From Mizuhopecten yessoensis (Eukaryota), in the NCBI RefSeq assembly GCF_002113885.1, contig NW_018408812.1:139372-203371 (forward strand): a stretch of DNA of 64,000 nt, written 5' to 3'. This document shows positions 13,456 to 25,701 of this stretch, piece by piece (positions within the stretch are counted from its first letter, which is position 1; every line of letters begins with the position of its first letter). Below the pieces are notes generated by a model. It worked only from the letters and a program-made list of their open reading frames with translations. It ran no database searches and was not told the DNA's origin. Both the position numbers and the translations under genes were made by a program.

Positions 13456-14204
13456 GTAAAATGTTAAATTAACAAACAAAAATAAGGGAACAATGCACAT
13501 TACTGTATATAATAATGATGTGATAACATGTTTATCTGTATGCGGACTACCTTAAAAGGAATTACAAATATTTGCTCTTATTTGTTCAAAGTTGCTTTGT
13601 CTTTGTGCTCATATTGAAAGTTTCATCATTTTTCTACTGTATACAGGCATCAGAAACTTTCATTTCATTTTCTATGGTTCTATGCTAATTTCCTTGTACA
13701 CATGTTAGCATTTAAAACCTTTAAATGCGACTGAAATTATTTATAGTATTGATATCATGACCAGTACTGAAATTGATCATCAAGCAGGAGGAAGATCGAA
13801 TATTTAAAACAAATAAAACAAAAGCTCAAAAATGACAACACAAAAGAAAAAATTAGGAACGCAGAGTTGATACGAAAAAGAAATCAATTACATAAAACGA
13901 CAAAAGAACACACGCAAACAATAAGGTGAATCCAAGTGCAATGGAGGTGGTAGGCGTTACCTTAAACAATATCTAGTTAAGGTTTACAGTATGTCCACAT
14001 CTATAAGTGAATATTTTAGAAATTCATTACAGTTAATTATTAAAACGACGATTGATACAGTTTAAGTATGCACTTTTTTGATATTATGTTGTATATCTAG
14101 GTATTAACACTAAATAATAAAGTCTTACAGAAACATTTGGTAGGGTTTTTTTAAAAGTCCATTGTTGAATCTTATTGGTTACAGTTGTATTTATCCGTAT
14201 TTTG

Positions 14205-14468
14205 TTTCAAGTTATCAAAGTAATGACAGGCTCACCTTGACATTATTTCTATGTCTGCTCTAAACTGTTTACATGTACCTGTAGCTCTGTAAGTACACCC
14301 CTATCTTATCAGTGTAAATATCACGTTCTGTTTTAAAAGTGTTTCCTATTTTGCTATACGGACTGATAAAAACTTCGATTTCGAAATACCTCTCATGTGA
14401 TTGATGACAGATTTTCACCTGATTACTGTTTTATAAGGCATCAGTTTGGGACGAGGACGAGAAGAGAG
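14205..14468 (+). promoter_or_regulatory. Proximal promoter/5'UTR of paralog B
   Basis: Colinear with 30325-30569. Shared ACCTTGAC, GATA sites, TCATGTGA (14393-14400) and Inr-like TCAGTT (14441). Confidence 0.6.
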
Positions 14469-14597
14469 ATGGCCACATTAAAACTACCAGTTTTGGTCGT
14501 ATTACTTGCCGTCTGTTTGGTGCATGCGACGGATTCGATTGACCACATTTCTCAGTTGATTAAAGAAAGACAGGCCAGAAGCACAAGGTCTGTTCAG
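14469..14597 (+). CDS. MOXD1: Paralog B exon 1
   Basis: MATLKLPVLVVLLAVCLVHATDSIDHISQLIKERQARSTRSVQ, donor GTTGGT. Confidence 0.88.
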
Positions 14598-17500
14598 GTT
14601 GGTAAAGTTTATTTTCACATATGTTATCATTTTGAATTAAACGTTTTATTTTTTTCATCAATATCTTTTTTATTCTGATTTATTTAAGCATTGAACTTCT
14701 TTGAACTGGCATCATGAGCTATATAAATGGTAACTGGTACGTGGTAAAGTCCATAAAGCGCTTAGCTCTTTATGTTACAGTTGGTATTCATATTAATTCT
14801 GTTTCCAACTGAAAGCCATTTAATTCTCTTAATTAACATATTTTTAAACATTTTATTTCCGAGATATCAAGCTGCATGCAGTTTAGTTTTATATTTAATA
14901 CGTGATTGATCGCGTTTGTTTGCATAGTAAATGGAACAGCCATCTTCAAAAGATTGGTTGCAATTATATGACTCACGTGTTTGCGTTATCGTTGCGTAAC
15001 AATTGTAACGTTGGTTACATGTACCATTGAACCTTCTTTGAAGGTGTGTTATGTATTCATTTAAGAAGTTTACATGATACATAGAATTATCTTACTTAAA
15101 TGCTGTAATTTGATATACGGTTCATATTTTCTATAACTTCAAAATCTTTCAAAAATGGTAAATATACATATTAAAATTCCTGGCATGAAAAAGAACACTT
15201 CCAGTGTATCATGTTATAGTTATCGTACCCAGTATATTGATTATGAATACCAGCTGAAATAAATTATTTAAACAATTATGTCGATGCAGGACCACGACCG
15301 GGTAGATTAAAAACGAATTTGGATCTTGCAAAACCTGGACTCGTTGACAAATACTGTCCTTTATTTCAAAAGGATTTGCTATTATGCTCGATATAACGAT
15401 AAGCAAAACGATTTAGAGTTTCGGATCGTAAAATTACGTTTTCGTGATAGTGACAATTATGCTTCTTCTACCAACGATGTTTGAAAGTCGAAATTGATTC
15501 GGTTTTAAAGAGGTTGTTCCGATCATAGATTCGATATATGATGTACAACATTAGAAAACAAGTTTTCTAAAAAAAAATTAGACTAATGAAAACTGTTTGG
15601 AAGTTTTACAGTTGCCATCTAGCTCTCGAACATCAATTTAACTGTGTGATTTGATGGTCGATGCAATGCATTTAAGTAGGGTCCCCAAAATGATATACTA
15701 AAAGTCCGAAAAAAATCCGTGTAGTGGAAGTGAATCCAAAATGGCCGCCAATTCTACTGTTTTCTCCTAGATTTAGTCAAAATGTTCACCTTACATACCT
15801 AGTGTTTCTTTGTGATAACGGTGTCGCTACTCAATTTCTTGATGTGATAAATAGTTGCATGCATAATAACACATATATTATTAACATTAATGATAAGAAA
15901 ACTATGGTTACAATTTTATAGGGGAGATAACTTAAACTCTAACCACAAATTGACTTAAAATTTATGGTAAAGGTACCTCATTTAGTTTTGATTGGAGTAT
16001 GTTTTATAACATACTGATTTTAATGCTTATTGTTTAATGAAAAAGCTAACTCATTGTCTGTTTATCAAATAGAGCATGTGAGCACATGGTTTTGGTGTTC
16101 TTAATATTATTATGTTTGTGTTAAAGGATATGGAAGCATTTTTATTTGTACTTATTAAATCTAACAGATACCGAAACCGACGCCTACTCGCCATTTTGAA
16201 CATTATGTCCGGCTGGATACCACTGGCCAGTTCTGGCTGTTTTGGACCGCCAATGCCACCCACGTGACCTTTGAGACACACGTGAACACGCATGGCTACA
16301 TTGGATTTGGAATCTCCCCGAACGGAAAAATGTTCCCTGCTGACGTCATCGTGGGCGGAGTCAAGGATGGTCAAACCTACTTCAAGGTACACGTATGCCT
16401 ATAATGATTGTGTTAAGAACGCAGAATGGGTGGAGTCAATGATGACTTATCACCTCTGTCATTTGCTGTACGGTTTATTTAAGGAATAATGGCCGATTTA
16501 AGTTGTGATTTAGTGTAATGTTTCAAGGATATAGAGTATCGCGGTCCATGGTGTAACCCATGGACATACTTGCTAAATTGATGTAACAATTAACTGCTGT
16601 ACCTTTGGGACGTTTGAAATGTGCCTAATTGTGTAAATACCAGGTCGTTTCAAAGGTTATACATGTACCGCAGTAAATCAGAACGTTTTTTCTTAAAAAC
16701 AAACATTAGGAAGAATAAATTAGGGTAATTGTGTCTTAACTAATAAGCAACGATTTTATATTTTATTGTTTAATTCGTTTATTCTATCGTAGTTCTCGAT
16801 GTTTTTCGGTAAATGTAAACGTTTGCTTCATAGGACTATCATACTACTGAGCATGCCCCGCCAGTAGTTGACCAATCACAGGACTGGTTCCTCATCGCTG
16901 GCAAGGAAACTGCATCCGGGACGGTCCTCACCTTTGTGCGCAAACTCAACACATGTGATACTGTTGGCGACATGGTCATTACGGTACGTGTGCAAAATCA
17001 CAAGAGCCATTGTTTGTTTGAACCTATAGAGAGGGCACGTGATTGATTTCAATGATATTCATCGATTGTTGCGTAGCACGACTTAACGATATAAATTGAA
17101 TTTGTCCTAGTAAGTGTTATGCAGTTGAAATTCATATTTAAAAAAAAAGAATCGCATATCCATTTGCAAACGAAAACTGTGTAAACAAATATCATTGCTT
17201 GGCCAAATAACGTCAAAATCATCTAATCTAGATTAAAAAATTAGCCAAACTATTTGTGTAGCAATTTAAAAGGCACTTGATTTCCTTTCGTCGTATATCT
17301 ATATGTAAAATGAACATGTATTTCCGAACGTTTGTCCTTATAAAGAACAAATACGTTCTGCAAAGTCAGAAAATGAAGCAATAAATATCTAGCTTGATTG
17401 TATCCATCAACATACTTACTCCTTTAATGGGTCGTTCCATGGCACAGTAAACATATTACAGCTTTCGATTGAATCAGTGAATTGTTTGCAACGCAGGAGT

Positions 17501-20500
17501 TTTCTTTACGACTACAAGGAAATATCTATTTCATACTTCAAGGGTTAGCCGTTCTATTACTTCGCACATTCACTCGTATCTTATTTTACATTAATATATA
17601 TCAAAAAAAAAATACAAAGACTTACTCAGCAGCTTCTTTGAGATTTACATCGTTAGAGGTAAATGAAGGAAAGTGTTTATCTTGAAAACAAATCAATGAT
17701 ATTCAGCATCACATTAAATTAAACCACACACCATGATGAACCTCTGGAGAGGGGAAAGCGTATGGTAATTGCTCAGAGTCTCTCCGTTGTTCCAATCTTA
17801 CATTAACCTTTACAAAGACTTTTTACAAGTAGATACATTTATTTTAAGTCATCATTTTCAAATATATTATATTAATCTTGTTTCGATTGGTATTTGTAAG
17901 TGTGTGTTACTGAACGCATGCTATAACTATATTTTACAGGATGATACCACTAGAATTATCTATGCCTACAATCCGGATGACGTGACAAGTTTTATCCCCT
18001 ACCATGGCGCCACCAGGCGAGGAACCAAGAGTGTCATGCTGCTGTCTTCCTCTTTGACAGCCGAGGACGTCAATTTTCCTCAAGACATAGTTACCTACGA
18101 CTTAGTACATAACAATGTAAGATTTCAGTGTGCATTTAATGATAAATGAAACCTTTAGGTAATGTAATGCTTTTTGAAGATATGTGCAGGTTAAAAGTTG
18201 CTTTGTATCACAATAAATGCCCTCATTATGGCTGATATTTGTTCTCCTTTATGAACGATTTATATAATGCTTTCACAAAATTCTTCACCTGACTGCTTCA
18301 ATTTATGTAAACTTTCAGAGCATAAATCGTGAAATCAACAACCATGACGGACCACTAATATTAAAAAAGTCATGTCAAAATTTGGTATCCGAAAATGGAA
18401 CAATTTATTTGATAGAGACTTACATTCCCTTAATTGATTTAAGGATAAGATAGTTTGATAAAAATTATACACATTTCATGATTTAGTGTAACAGTTTAGT
18501 GTATACCTTTTATGTATCAATATATGGTTGACATCGCTACCGATCCTAGTGAAACATAAATTCCATTTCTATATCTTATATACTGTAGATTTATAAACGT
18601 ATAATGGATGTATATTATCTTACAGAGCGTGCAAATCTTTTTAGAAATGCTTACCTCTAGTTTGCTATGAGTAGTCAGTGCGTCTTTTTTTTTTTTGTTG
18701 TGATGTTTGAGGAAATTCGGTCCGGTTATATTTTGTATAATATACTAAACGTGTTGTTTTTGTATATCTCAGGTAATGACTTGTCACGGACGTTCATTTT
18801 GGGGGAAATATAGATGTTTGTTACACTTCATGTAACTACAAATGCAATATTCTGTTACTTCAGCACCATGTTCCGTCCAACACCACAGCTTACTCATGTC
18901 GAGCCATGAAGTTACCTCCCCTTACCTCCAAACATCACATGATCAAGGTATGCCATGTTTCAAATACAAGTAAGTTGGTACATCTAGTCGCACGTATATT
19001 TATAAGAAGATATGTTCCAAGGTCGATATCAAACAAAACAATATACCGTTAAATCTCGATTATAAGCTTAATTTGAAAATAAGCTGTACTTGCAAATAAG
19101 CCTTGTATTCCATACAGTGAAACATATCTCAATAATAAGCCGTCTTCGAAAATAAGCGGCATTTGAAAATGAACAATTTATCCAAGGTAGAAGCCATGTA
19201 GGTCCTATCAGGTTTTTGAGAAATAATCATCACATCACACGTTTAATATTGCAAAATTTGATAAAAGAAAAACGTTTTCATTTCATTTCGTTAAAAACAA
19301 CTCTGTAGATCATTGTACATTTCTGTAAAAAGAACTAGTTATTAAGCAATTGGTGTTTTACTATCACAATGGTTTTGAACATAAGACTACCTTGTATAAG
19401 CAGGCTTAGAAGATAAGCGGGTAATTCCTTACTGAAAATGAAATAAAGCAGCGGCCTACTATCGAGATTTTAGGGTTTAACTAGTAATTTGGTCATTATT
19501 ATAAACTTGTGTATTCCTTTTTTAATATTAACGATACATGTATTGTTAACACTTCAAAAACACTGCAAAAATAAAGATAATCATCTCTAACGATATATCA
19601 GGGATATAGCAGGTGTAATATGCAAGGTGCCATATGTCCCTAAAAATCAAATTATAAACGTTAATAGTTAATTATATTTTAAATAATGCACTGTCAAACA
19701 TCTGATCATCAATAAATGTTGTTTAAAACGTGAAATATTTATTGACAATGGATTCCTCTTTTCAACTTATTTCCAATCAGTTAATCAACAATTGATACAG
19801 TCAGTATTACCCTTACCTTATTTTCACCTTCAGTATGAGCCAGTAATCACACAGGGAAATGAACTGAACGTGCACCACGCCGTCGTCTACAGATGTGATA
19901 AGCGTGCTGCTGAACTGGACAAGTACGACGGTACCGTCTTCCCGTGTGAAAATACTAATACCGCACCTGAACCTCTACGTGGATGTCTTTACAAGGCCAT
20001 CATTGCGTGGGCCATCGGAGGGGAGGTAAATGTGATCAGGAATTTAATTTGGTTTAATTTTGTCTAACATCCTATCAACAGCTAAGGTCATTTAAGGACG
20101 TGCCTCCATATGTTTATGCAGGAGACAGGGTATGTTGGTGTGCTTGCTTCCTTTTGATATTGCTTTATAGTGCTATCTCACTGAAATACCATGTCAAAGG
20201 CACCAAGCACATTATTCCGCCCGTTCACATCATACTGACAATGGTTGAACCAGTTATTATCATACCCCTTAATGCTGAACGTTAAGCAAGGAAAACAACT
20301 ACCATTTTAAGGACTTCGGGATGTCTCGGCCTGGTGACAGAACTCATTGCCTTCCTCACCTGGTCGAACGCTCAATATTCAGGCCAAAAGTGAAGGGTTG
20401 CCAAGCAAGGCGCTAGAGTAGTTAGAAGTAGAAAGAAAGATAAAGATCCCAAAATATTGCAATGGTCGCAGCAGATTTATTTTGATCGCTTTTGTATCCC

Positions 20501-23500
20501 CAAATAGAGGACACCAAAGCAAATCCCCAATTCTGTAGGTGGCTCCCTCATAAGTCGCCTCCTACGATACACGTAGTTAGTAACAGCAGGTGTATTCTTT
20601 TTCTGATCCCCCACCTGCTCAGGAATCTGAAAACGGGAGGAACGAGACAGTAGGTCCCAGTGAGATACCACAAAATATGCAACCATTAGCCAAGGCAACT
20701 TACCCTCCTATCGCATCTCATTATTATTTGAACAAAAATCAAAATCTTTTACTCTTAACTCAGATATCTGACTTCATGTAGGCCATAAGTCATATACATT
20801 TACGTGTAAGAGTTTTTTGTTGACATCACTCCAATGTTGTTGTTGATCAACAAAAATCTCTGTGATGCTGTTGTATCACAAACTACCCTCAATATATTAA
20901 GCACTTCTTTCGTTGTCTCCAGTAGTACGGCTTTAGATTCTAGACAAAGTCAGACTAACGTGTATACAGCAGAAACATACATTAGATGTATCCAAATATT
21001 TAGTTCTTCTTTAGATGCTCAAATCATTCATACAGCATCGTTCATGGGAGATTGTTTTGGATTTTTTTAACATGTATTTTGTGGTCGAACATTGTTTGAA
21101 CTTGTGCACATATTTTATAAAGTGTATGTTGCGATACAGATTCGATGTATAAGATGATCATGAAAAATCTTAATTAGATAGCTAGCAGTTATCATTATCT
21201 GATAGGTGTGTTGCTATCATTTTTCTGCGAATAATTGTGCAGTTAAAAGCGAATGCAAATGTTTGTTTTTCTTTTGGCAGGCGTTCTACTTCCCCCCTTC
21301 TGCCGGGTACTCGCTCGGAACGGATGCTGACCCCGACTTCCTTGTCATGCAGACGCATTACGATAATCCCCTGGGTAGATCAGGTATATTTGTAAGAGGA
21401 ACTAAAACACACAAGTGATTGCAGCTACATAATTAAGTCTAAAGAAATTTAATTTTATCGTTAATTTACCTCAAACATTTTGTCAATTTTAATGATATTT
21501 TCCTATAGCTGCACACATGTATTTCTCTAGGTTTCTACATAAAGTAATGACAAGAATTTGCGGAACTCCGTTTTGGAATTATATTTATGTCCTGTTGCAA
21601 AGCCATATACCTTATGCACGCTTAAAAAAACGGGTTACCCGTAACTTGGTAGGTAATGGTGATTTCCTCGGGAATAAAAGGTGTGTTTGATTCCGACCAA
21701 CAGATATCGTTGACAGTTCCGGTTTCCGCATCACCATCACACCCACACTCCGATTGCACGATTCTGCACTCCTAACCATAGGAATTGGTGTGACTCCGAT
21801 GCAGATAATTCCCCCTCTGGAACTAGACTTCGTTTCCCAAGGGTATTGTCCTGCGGAACTTCTTGGGAAGGTACGTTACAAGAACTAACTTATCTTTCAG
21901 ATAAGTTTGCATTGAATTTTGTTAATCTTAGTGTGGTTTCATGATCCGATAGATATTTATTTATTCTTGAAGTTGAATTTTCTAGCTTAATATAAAAAAA
22001 AAATATGCATTTATGTTAAAAAGGGCTCATTAAATTGCTTATGTAACATGGAGTTTCTTTGCAACTCGATTGAGTGTTATTGTTTCATGGTATCAAAGTG
22101 TTACACATCTATATTCTTCGGAAACAAAGACATGTTACTTTAATACAACTGTGTTAATTGATAAACATATTTCTAGTTTAAAATAACGTGATATATATCT
22201 TACAAAAAAACCCGGATAATTTTCTCCTTGCAGTTTTTCAATGATATTCGTGTATTCATATCCATTGTTCATGTTTTGTTCTCGTTTTATGAGATTTTGG
22301 TGTGTTTGTTCGATTTTTTTGTTGCCATTTCTACATTCTCTTCTTGTTCTTCTCACTACGTTTATACTGTCTGAATTGTAAACACACTCGAGTTCGTCTC
22401 TGAACACCTTAGTTTATTTTGTTTTAACGTAATTAACTGAAAATTGTTAAACGTTTTGTTCGATACGACCATGCACATGATGTATTAGGAACAGAGTTTG
22501 GATTTTATGTGAATTCGTTAGAAATGTACATGTTGACAATATATCGACATTTCTGTAGACATTGCCTGATTATTCTACTGTTATTGACCTTTAATGGCTA
22601 CTTGGGTATTGGTTGACCCTAGACAATTGATATTCCTAAATGTATGTTTTGTATTACAAAAGGACCACACACAAACACAATACATGTGGAGTCTGTTTTC
22701 ATACCATAACACTGCTTTTGAATAATTTTTCCAATACTGCAGGTTATTTTTTTATTGCAACATGTAAGTTATACAAATGTACTTAAAACTTATAACGGCT
22801 GATTCGATGGCTTTTGTTAGCTTTTTTAATTATTTTCAATGTATATACATGTATTTTGGAAGAAAGCATCCGCTACACTACAAACCTTGATATTTATTCC
22901 TCTTGACAATCAGACGTATGTGTATTGCCGTCTGCCATTGTTACTGCCCGACGATCGACACTTCTGCTTTCTGATTGGTCAAATTATCACTTCCCAGGGT
23001 AGCTCCTTTGTATTGTTGATAACTTGCACAGGTTGCCGTGGTTGTATGTCAACATTTCATTCTGTATAAACTCTGTGTGTGTTACAGGTAAACCACAGCG
23101 AAGTTGAAACGAACGTCAAATAAAAGAATATGTAATATCTTATCTGATGAAATAGACCTGGCTAATATAATAATGAATTTGTCATTTCTATTACAGGGTT
23201 TACCACAAGAGGGTATAAACGCATTTGCGATTCTACAGCACTCCCATCTACTTGGCAAAGAAATCATGACACGTCTTTACCGAAATGGTAGCGAACTCGA
23301 ACCACTGGCTGTCGACAGACATTATGATTTTGATTATCAAGACATGCGCTACCTGTCGAGGGAGAGAAAAATATATCCGGTATGTAAACATGAAGTGTTT
23401 ATGTGTTCATATAAATGTATTATTTTGTTTCACGTCCCATTAAGAGTCGAGGTCATTCAAGGTCATAAAAATAGAACCTCACTACTGGCACGATGACGCG

Positions 23501-25449
23501 ATATTATTAACCCCTGAATAGTCACGCGACAAACTGACCAATAATCTGTGAAAATATCGTCATTTGACCACAGCTGAGGAGAGGTAAAAATACGAAGATT
23601 CAAAGGACCATATAATTTTGAAACCTAATTAACGATTTCGCTTTCTATTTTATTATTTTTCCTTTATAAGCTATTTCAAAATATCAAATTACCCCCTTTG
23701 AAAAACATGGCAGTAAACAAGGTTTGTGTATAGAAATACTTAACGCTCGGGAAATCATTGCACAAATATCAAATATAGGTTTATATATAAAACCACTTTC
23801 ATCAGAAGATTCATTATTTTTCAGGATGACAAGATTGAGGTGAAATGTGTTTACGATTCGAGCAATAGACAAGGTCTTACACTGGTAAGTAAAAATGGAG
23901 TGTTTTCTTTAGGTAAAGGATGTGATTGATTTGCAAGTATGACTCGGATTACTTTCTTTTACATTTCTATAGTTTCGAAAAAAAACGATAAGCATTTTCA
24001 TTATCCTGACATTTTGAACCACGGACAAGTCCTAAAATGAAGAAAATGCCATATGGTGAAGCATTCTTAAATTTGGTTGGCATTCCGAGCGTGATATGTT
24101 ACTTGTTATTTGTATATAGGTGAATCCTATCTAGTTTATTTACAGCAATTCAGAACGTCACAAAATGGTTTACTCAACTGTTTGACTATCAGTCATCGAG
24201 GCTGACCATGACCTTGTAGATTATAATACTGATAATATAATATTATTATGATATAGAGGTTTTGATGAAATAACGGATATTATACTTACAAAGCTAACAT
24301 TATGACATTGATTTCATTAGAAAGAGACTAAATTTACTAGAGGTAAAAACCATTGTATGAGAGAGGAGAAATGTGTTGTCATTGACGATGTCATAAGGGT
24401 TCAGAACAATATTGATGTCGTTATTAGGAGATTGTGAAAATAATTTCGTTATACAGACACGTTGTCACTGACTGAGAGGAAGAAAGAATACCTGTTTCGT
24501 TACAAAGATTTCGTTATGGTACTGTTGTCGTTATAAGTATTGGTAATGTCGTTATAGAAAGATTATGATTTTGATATCGTTATTTAAATACGTTGTTACA
24601 GAGAGGAGGGTAGCATATCTATGCTGTTATAAAGAGGTTGTTATGGTGTTGTTGTCGTTATAACTAATGCTACAAAGAAATGCTGATTAATAGAAAAAAA
24701 ATATATTGATGTCGATGTATATACATATTGTTACAGACTGGAAGTGAGCTCAGCTGTTATAAAGAGATCGATGTGGTACAGTTCTTTAATTGTAACTTAC
24801 ATTACAGGGAGGATTTTCTACACACGAGGAGATGTGTGAGGCGTTTATTATGTACTACCCACGTACGCCCCTGGACATCTGCCAGAGTGTACCCCTCTAC
24901 AACACAATAGCTGACAATGCACAAAAAGTCTTCCCTGTTATCAAGACATGGAACTGGACAGATCCGGCGGTTAGGGCTAACTTCCGGTCAGCGCTGGACC
25001 ACTCTGTACATTACCACTACGCAATGGGAAGCACTGATGCCGTTAATGTAAGATTTGTTCGAAGGCAATAAGAAACTATCATTGTCACATTTACTTTACA
25101 CAAATGAAAATATTTACTCACCAATATTCATACTGAAATAGACCATGGCTAGTTTCACAGCTATTGGCATTTTTTCTATCTTATCCAACAAAGAAACAGC
25201 CCATAGTTAAGAAAGTCAGACTATTTCATTTTCAAAATATTTTTCATATTGTTCATCAAGAAAAGTTAGCTTATGCAGAGACCATGTTAAATCTGCTAAA
25301 ATGGAAACATGTGCTCAGTAGGCATTTGGTATATTAGCCTGCTAGATAACTTGATCACGTGATCTGTTTTACAGGCACATACTACGACAACGGAGCCCCC
25401 AACAAAACACCCGTATGTAAAACCTCCGGATACTAGATGTCAGCATTAG
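14469..25449 (+). CDS. MOXD1: DBH-like monooxygenase (MOXD1-like) paralog B, complete 12-exon gene, 592 aa, predicted secreted
   Basis: Exons 14469-14597, 16168-16386, 16834-16983, 17940-18116, 18864-18947, 19834-20025, 21281-21383, 21704-21870, 23197-23379, 23825-23884, 24808-25047, 25375-25449 sum to 1779 nt, open to TAG. CuH ligands HH and MQTHY; CuM ligands HSH and EEMC. Confidence 0.95.
16168..16386 (+). CDS. MOXD1: Paralog B exon 2 (DOMON)
   Basis: IPKPTPTRHF...QTYFK, 219 nt. Confidence 0.93.
16834..16983 (+). CDS. MOXD1: Paralog B exon 3
   Basis: DYHTTEHAPP...NTCDTVGDMVIT, 150 nt. Confidence 0.93.
17940..18116 (+). CDS. MOXD1: Paralog B exon 4
   Basis: DDTTRIIYAYNPDD...LVHNN, 177 nt. 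Confidence 0.93.
18864..18947 (+). CDS. MOXD1: Paralog B exon 5
   Basis: HHVPSNTTAYSCRAMKLPPLTSKHHMIK, 84 nt. Confidence 0.92.
19046..19475. mobile_element. pogo/Tigger-like MITE in intron 5 of B
   Basis: Imperfect TIR CCGTTAAATCTCGATTATAAGC / GCCTACTATCGAGATTTTAGGG, internal AATAAGC repeats, TA on the left flank. Confidence 0.6.
19834..20025 (+). CDS. MOXD1: Paralog B exon 6
   Basis: YEPVITQGNELNVHHAVVYRC...AWAIGGE, 192 nt. Confidence 0.93.
20045..20640 (-). mobile_element. Meta-SINE-like element
   Basis: TATAGTGCTATCTCACTGAAA and CCTTAATGCTGAACG..AAGCAAGG motifs; tail shared with the SINE at 29630. Confidence 0.6.
21281..21383 (+). CDS. MOXD1: Paralog B exon 7
   Basis: AFYFPPSAGYSLG...MQTHYDNPLGRS, 103 nt. 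Confidence 0.93.
21704..21870 (+). CDS. MOXD1: Paralog B exon 8
   Basis: DIVDSSGFRITITPTLR...QGYCPAELLGK, 167 nt. Confidence 0.93.
23197..23379 (+). CDS. MOXD1: Paralog B exon 9
   Basis: GLPQEGINAFAILQHSHLLG...KIYP, 183 nt. Confidence 0.93.
23825..23884 (+). CDS. MOXD1: Paralog B exon 10
   Basis: DDKIEVKCVYDSSNRQGLTL, 60 nt, donor GTAAGT. Confidence 0.92.
24808..25047 (+). CDS. MOXD1: Paralog B exon 11 (CuM Met)
   Basis: GGFSTHEEMCEAFIMYYPR...TDAVN, 240 nt. Confidence 0.93.
25375..25449 (+). CDS. MOXD1: Paralog B exon 12 (terminal)
   Basis: AHTTTTEPPTKHPYVKPPDTRCQH*, homologous to 51163-51240. Confidence 0.9.
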   Translation, partial: AHTTTTEPPTKHPYVKPPDTRCQH

Positions 25450-25695
25450 TTAGAGCCTCTTCTCAACCTGGTCAACTTTCTTGACTGGAAATGACGACCA
25501 TGAAGTGCTACGCTTTTCGGCGGATTTGATAATTAATGGTCGATAATATATTATTTGTATCTTGGTATGTCTCTGATAAACTTTCACCATACTTACATGT
25601 GATCTTGTTTGTGATGCAGACCTTGGTAATTTTAATTGACGAAAATACATTCATTAATCATATGCTTAAGTATTTTCAAGTTCCATTTTGTTACA

Positions 25696-25701
25696 AATAA
25701 A
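25696..25701 (+). terminator. Poly(A) signal of paralog B
   Basis: AATAAAGATAA, shared with the paralog C signal at 51424. Confidence 0.6.

Noticed and set aside
14598-14607. Alternative donor GTAAAG at 14602 for B exon 1
   Set aside because: It would shift the frame relative to exon 2; A and C use the position equivalent to 14598
16051-16392. Similar minus-strand ORFs here and at 33666-33905
   Set aside because: Antisense shadows of MOXD exon 2; the similarity comes from the sense-strand exon
14469-25449. Calling the genes DBH or TBH
   Set aside because: They lack HHME, IMELG and the interchain Cys, and have the MOXD1-type DOMON Met/His and HYDNP
25485-25530. SECIS-like element in the 3'UTR block shared by B and C
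   Set aside because: No in-frame UGA in either CDS and no convincing SECIS stem; ordinary paralogous UTR similarity
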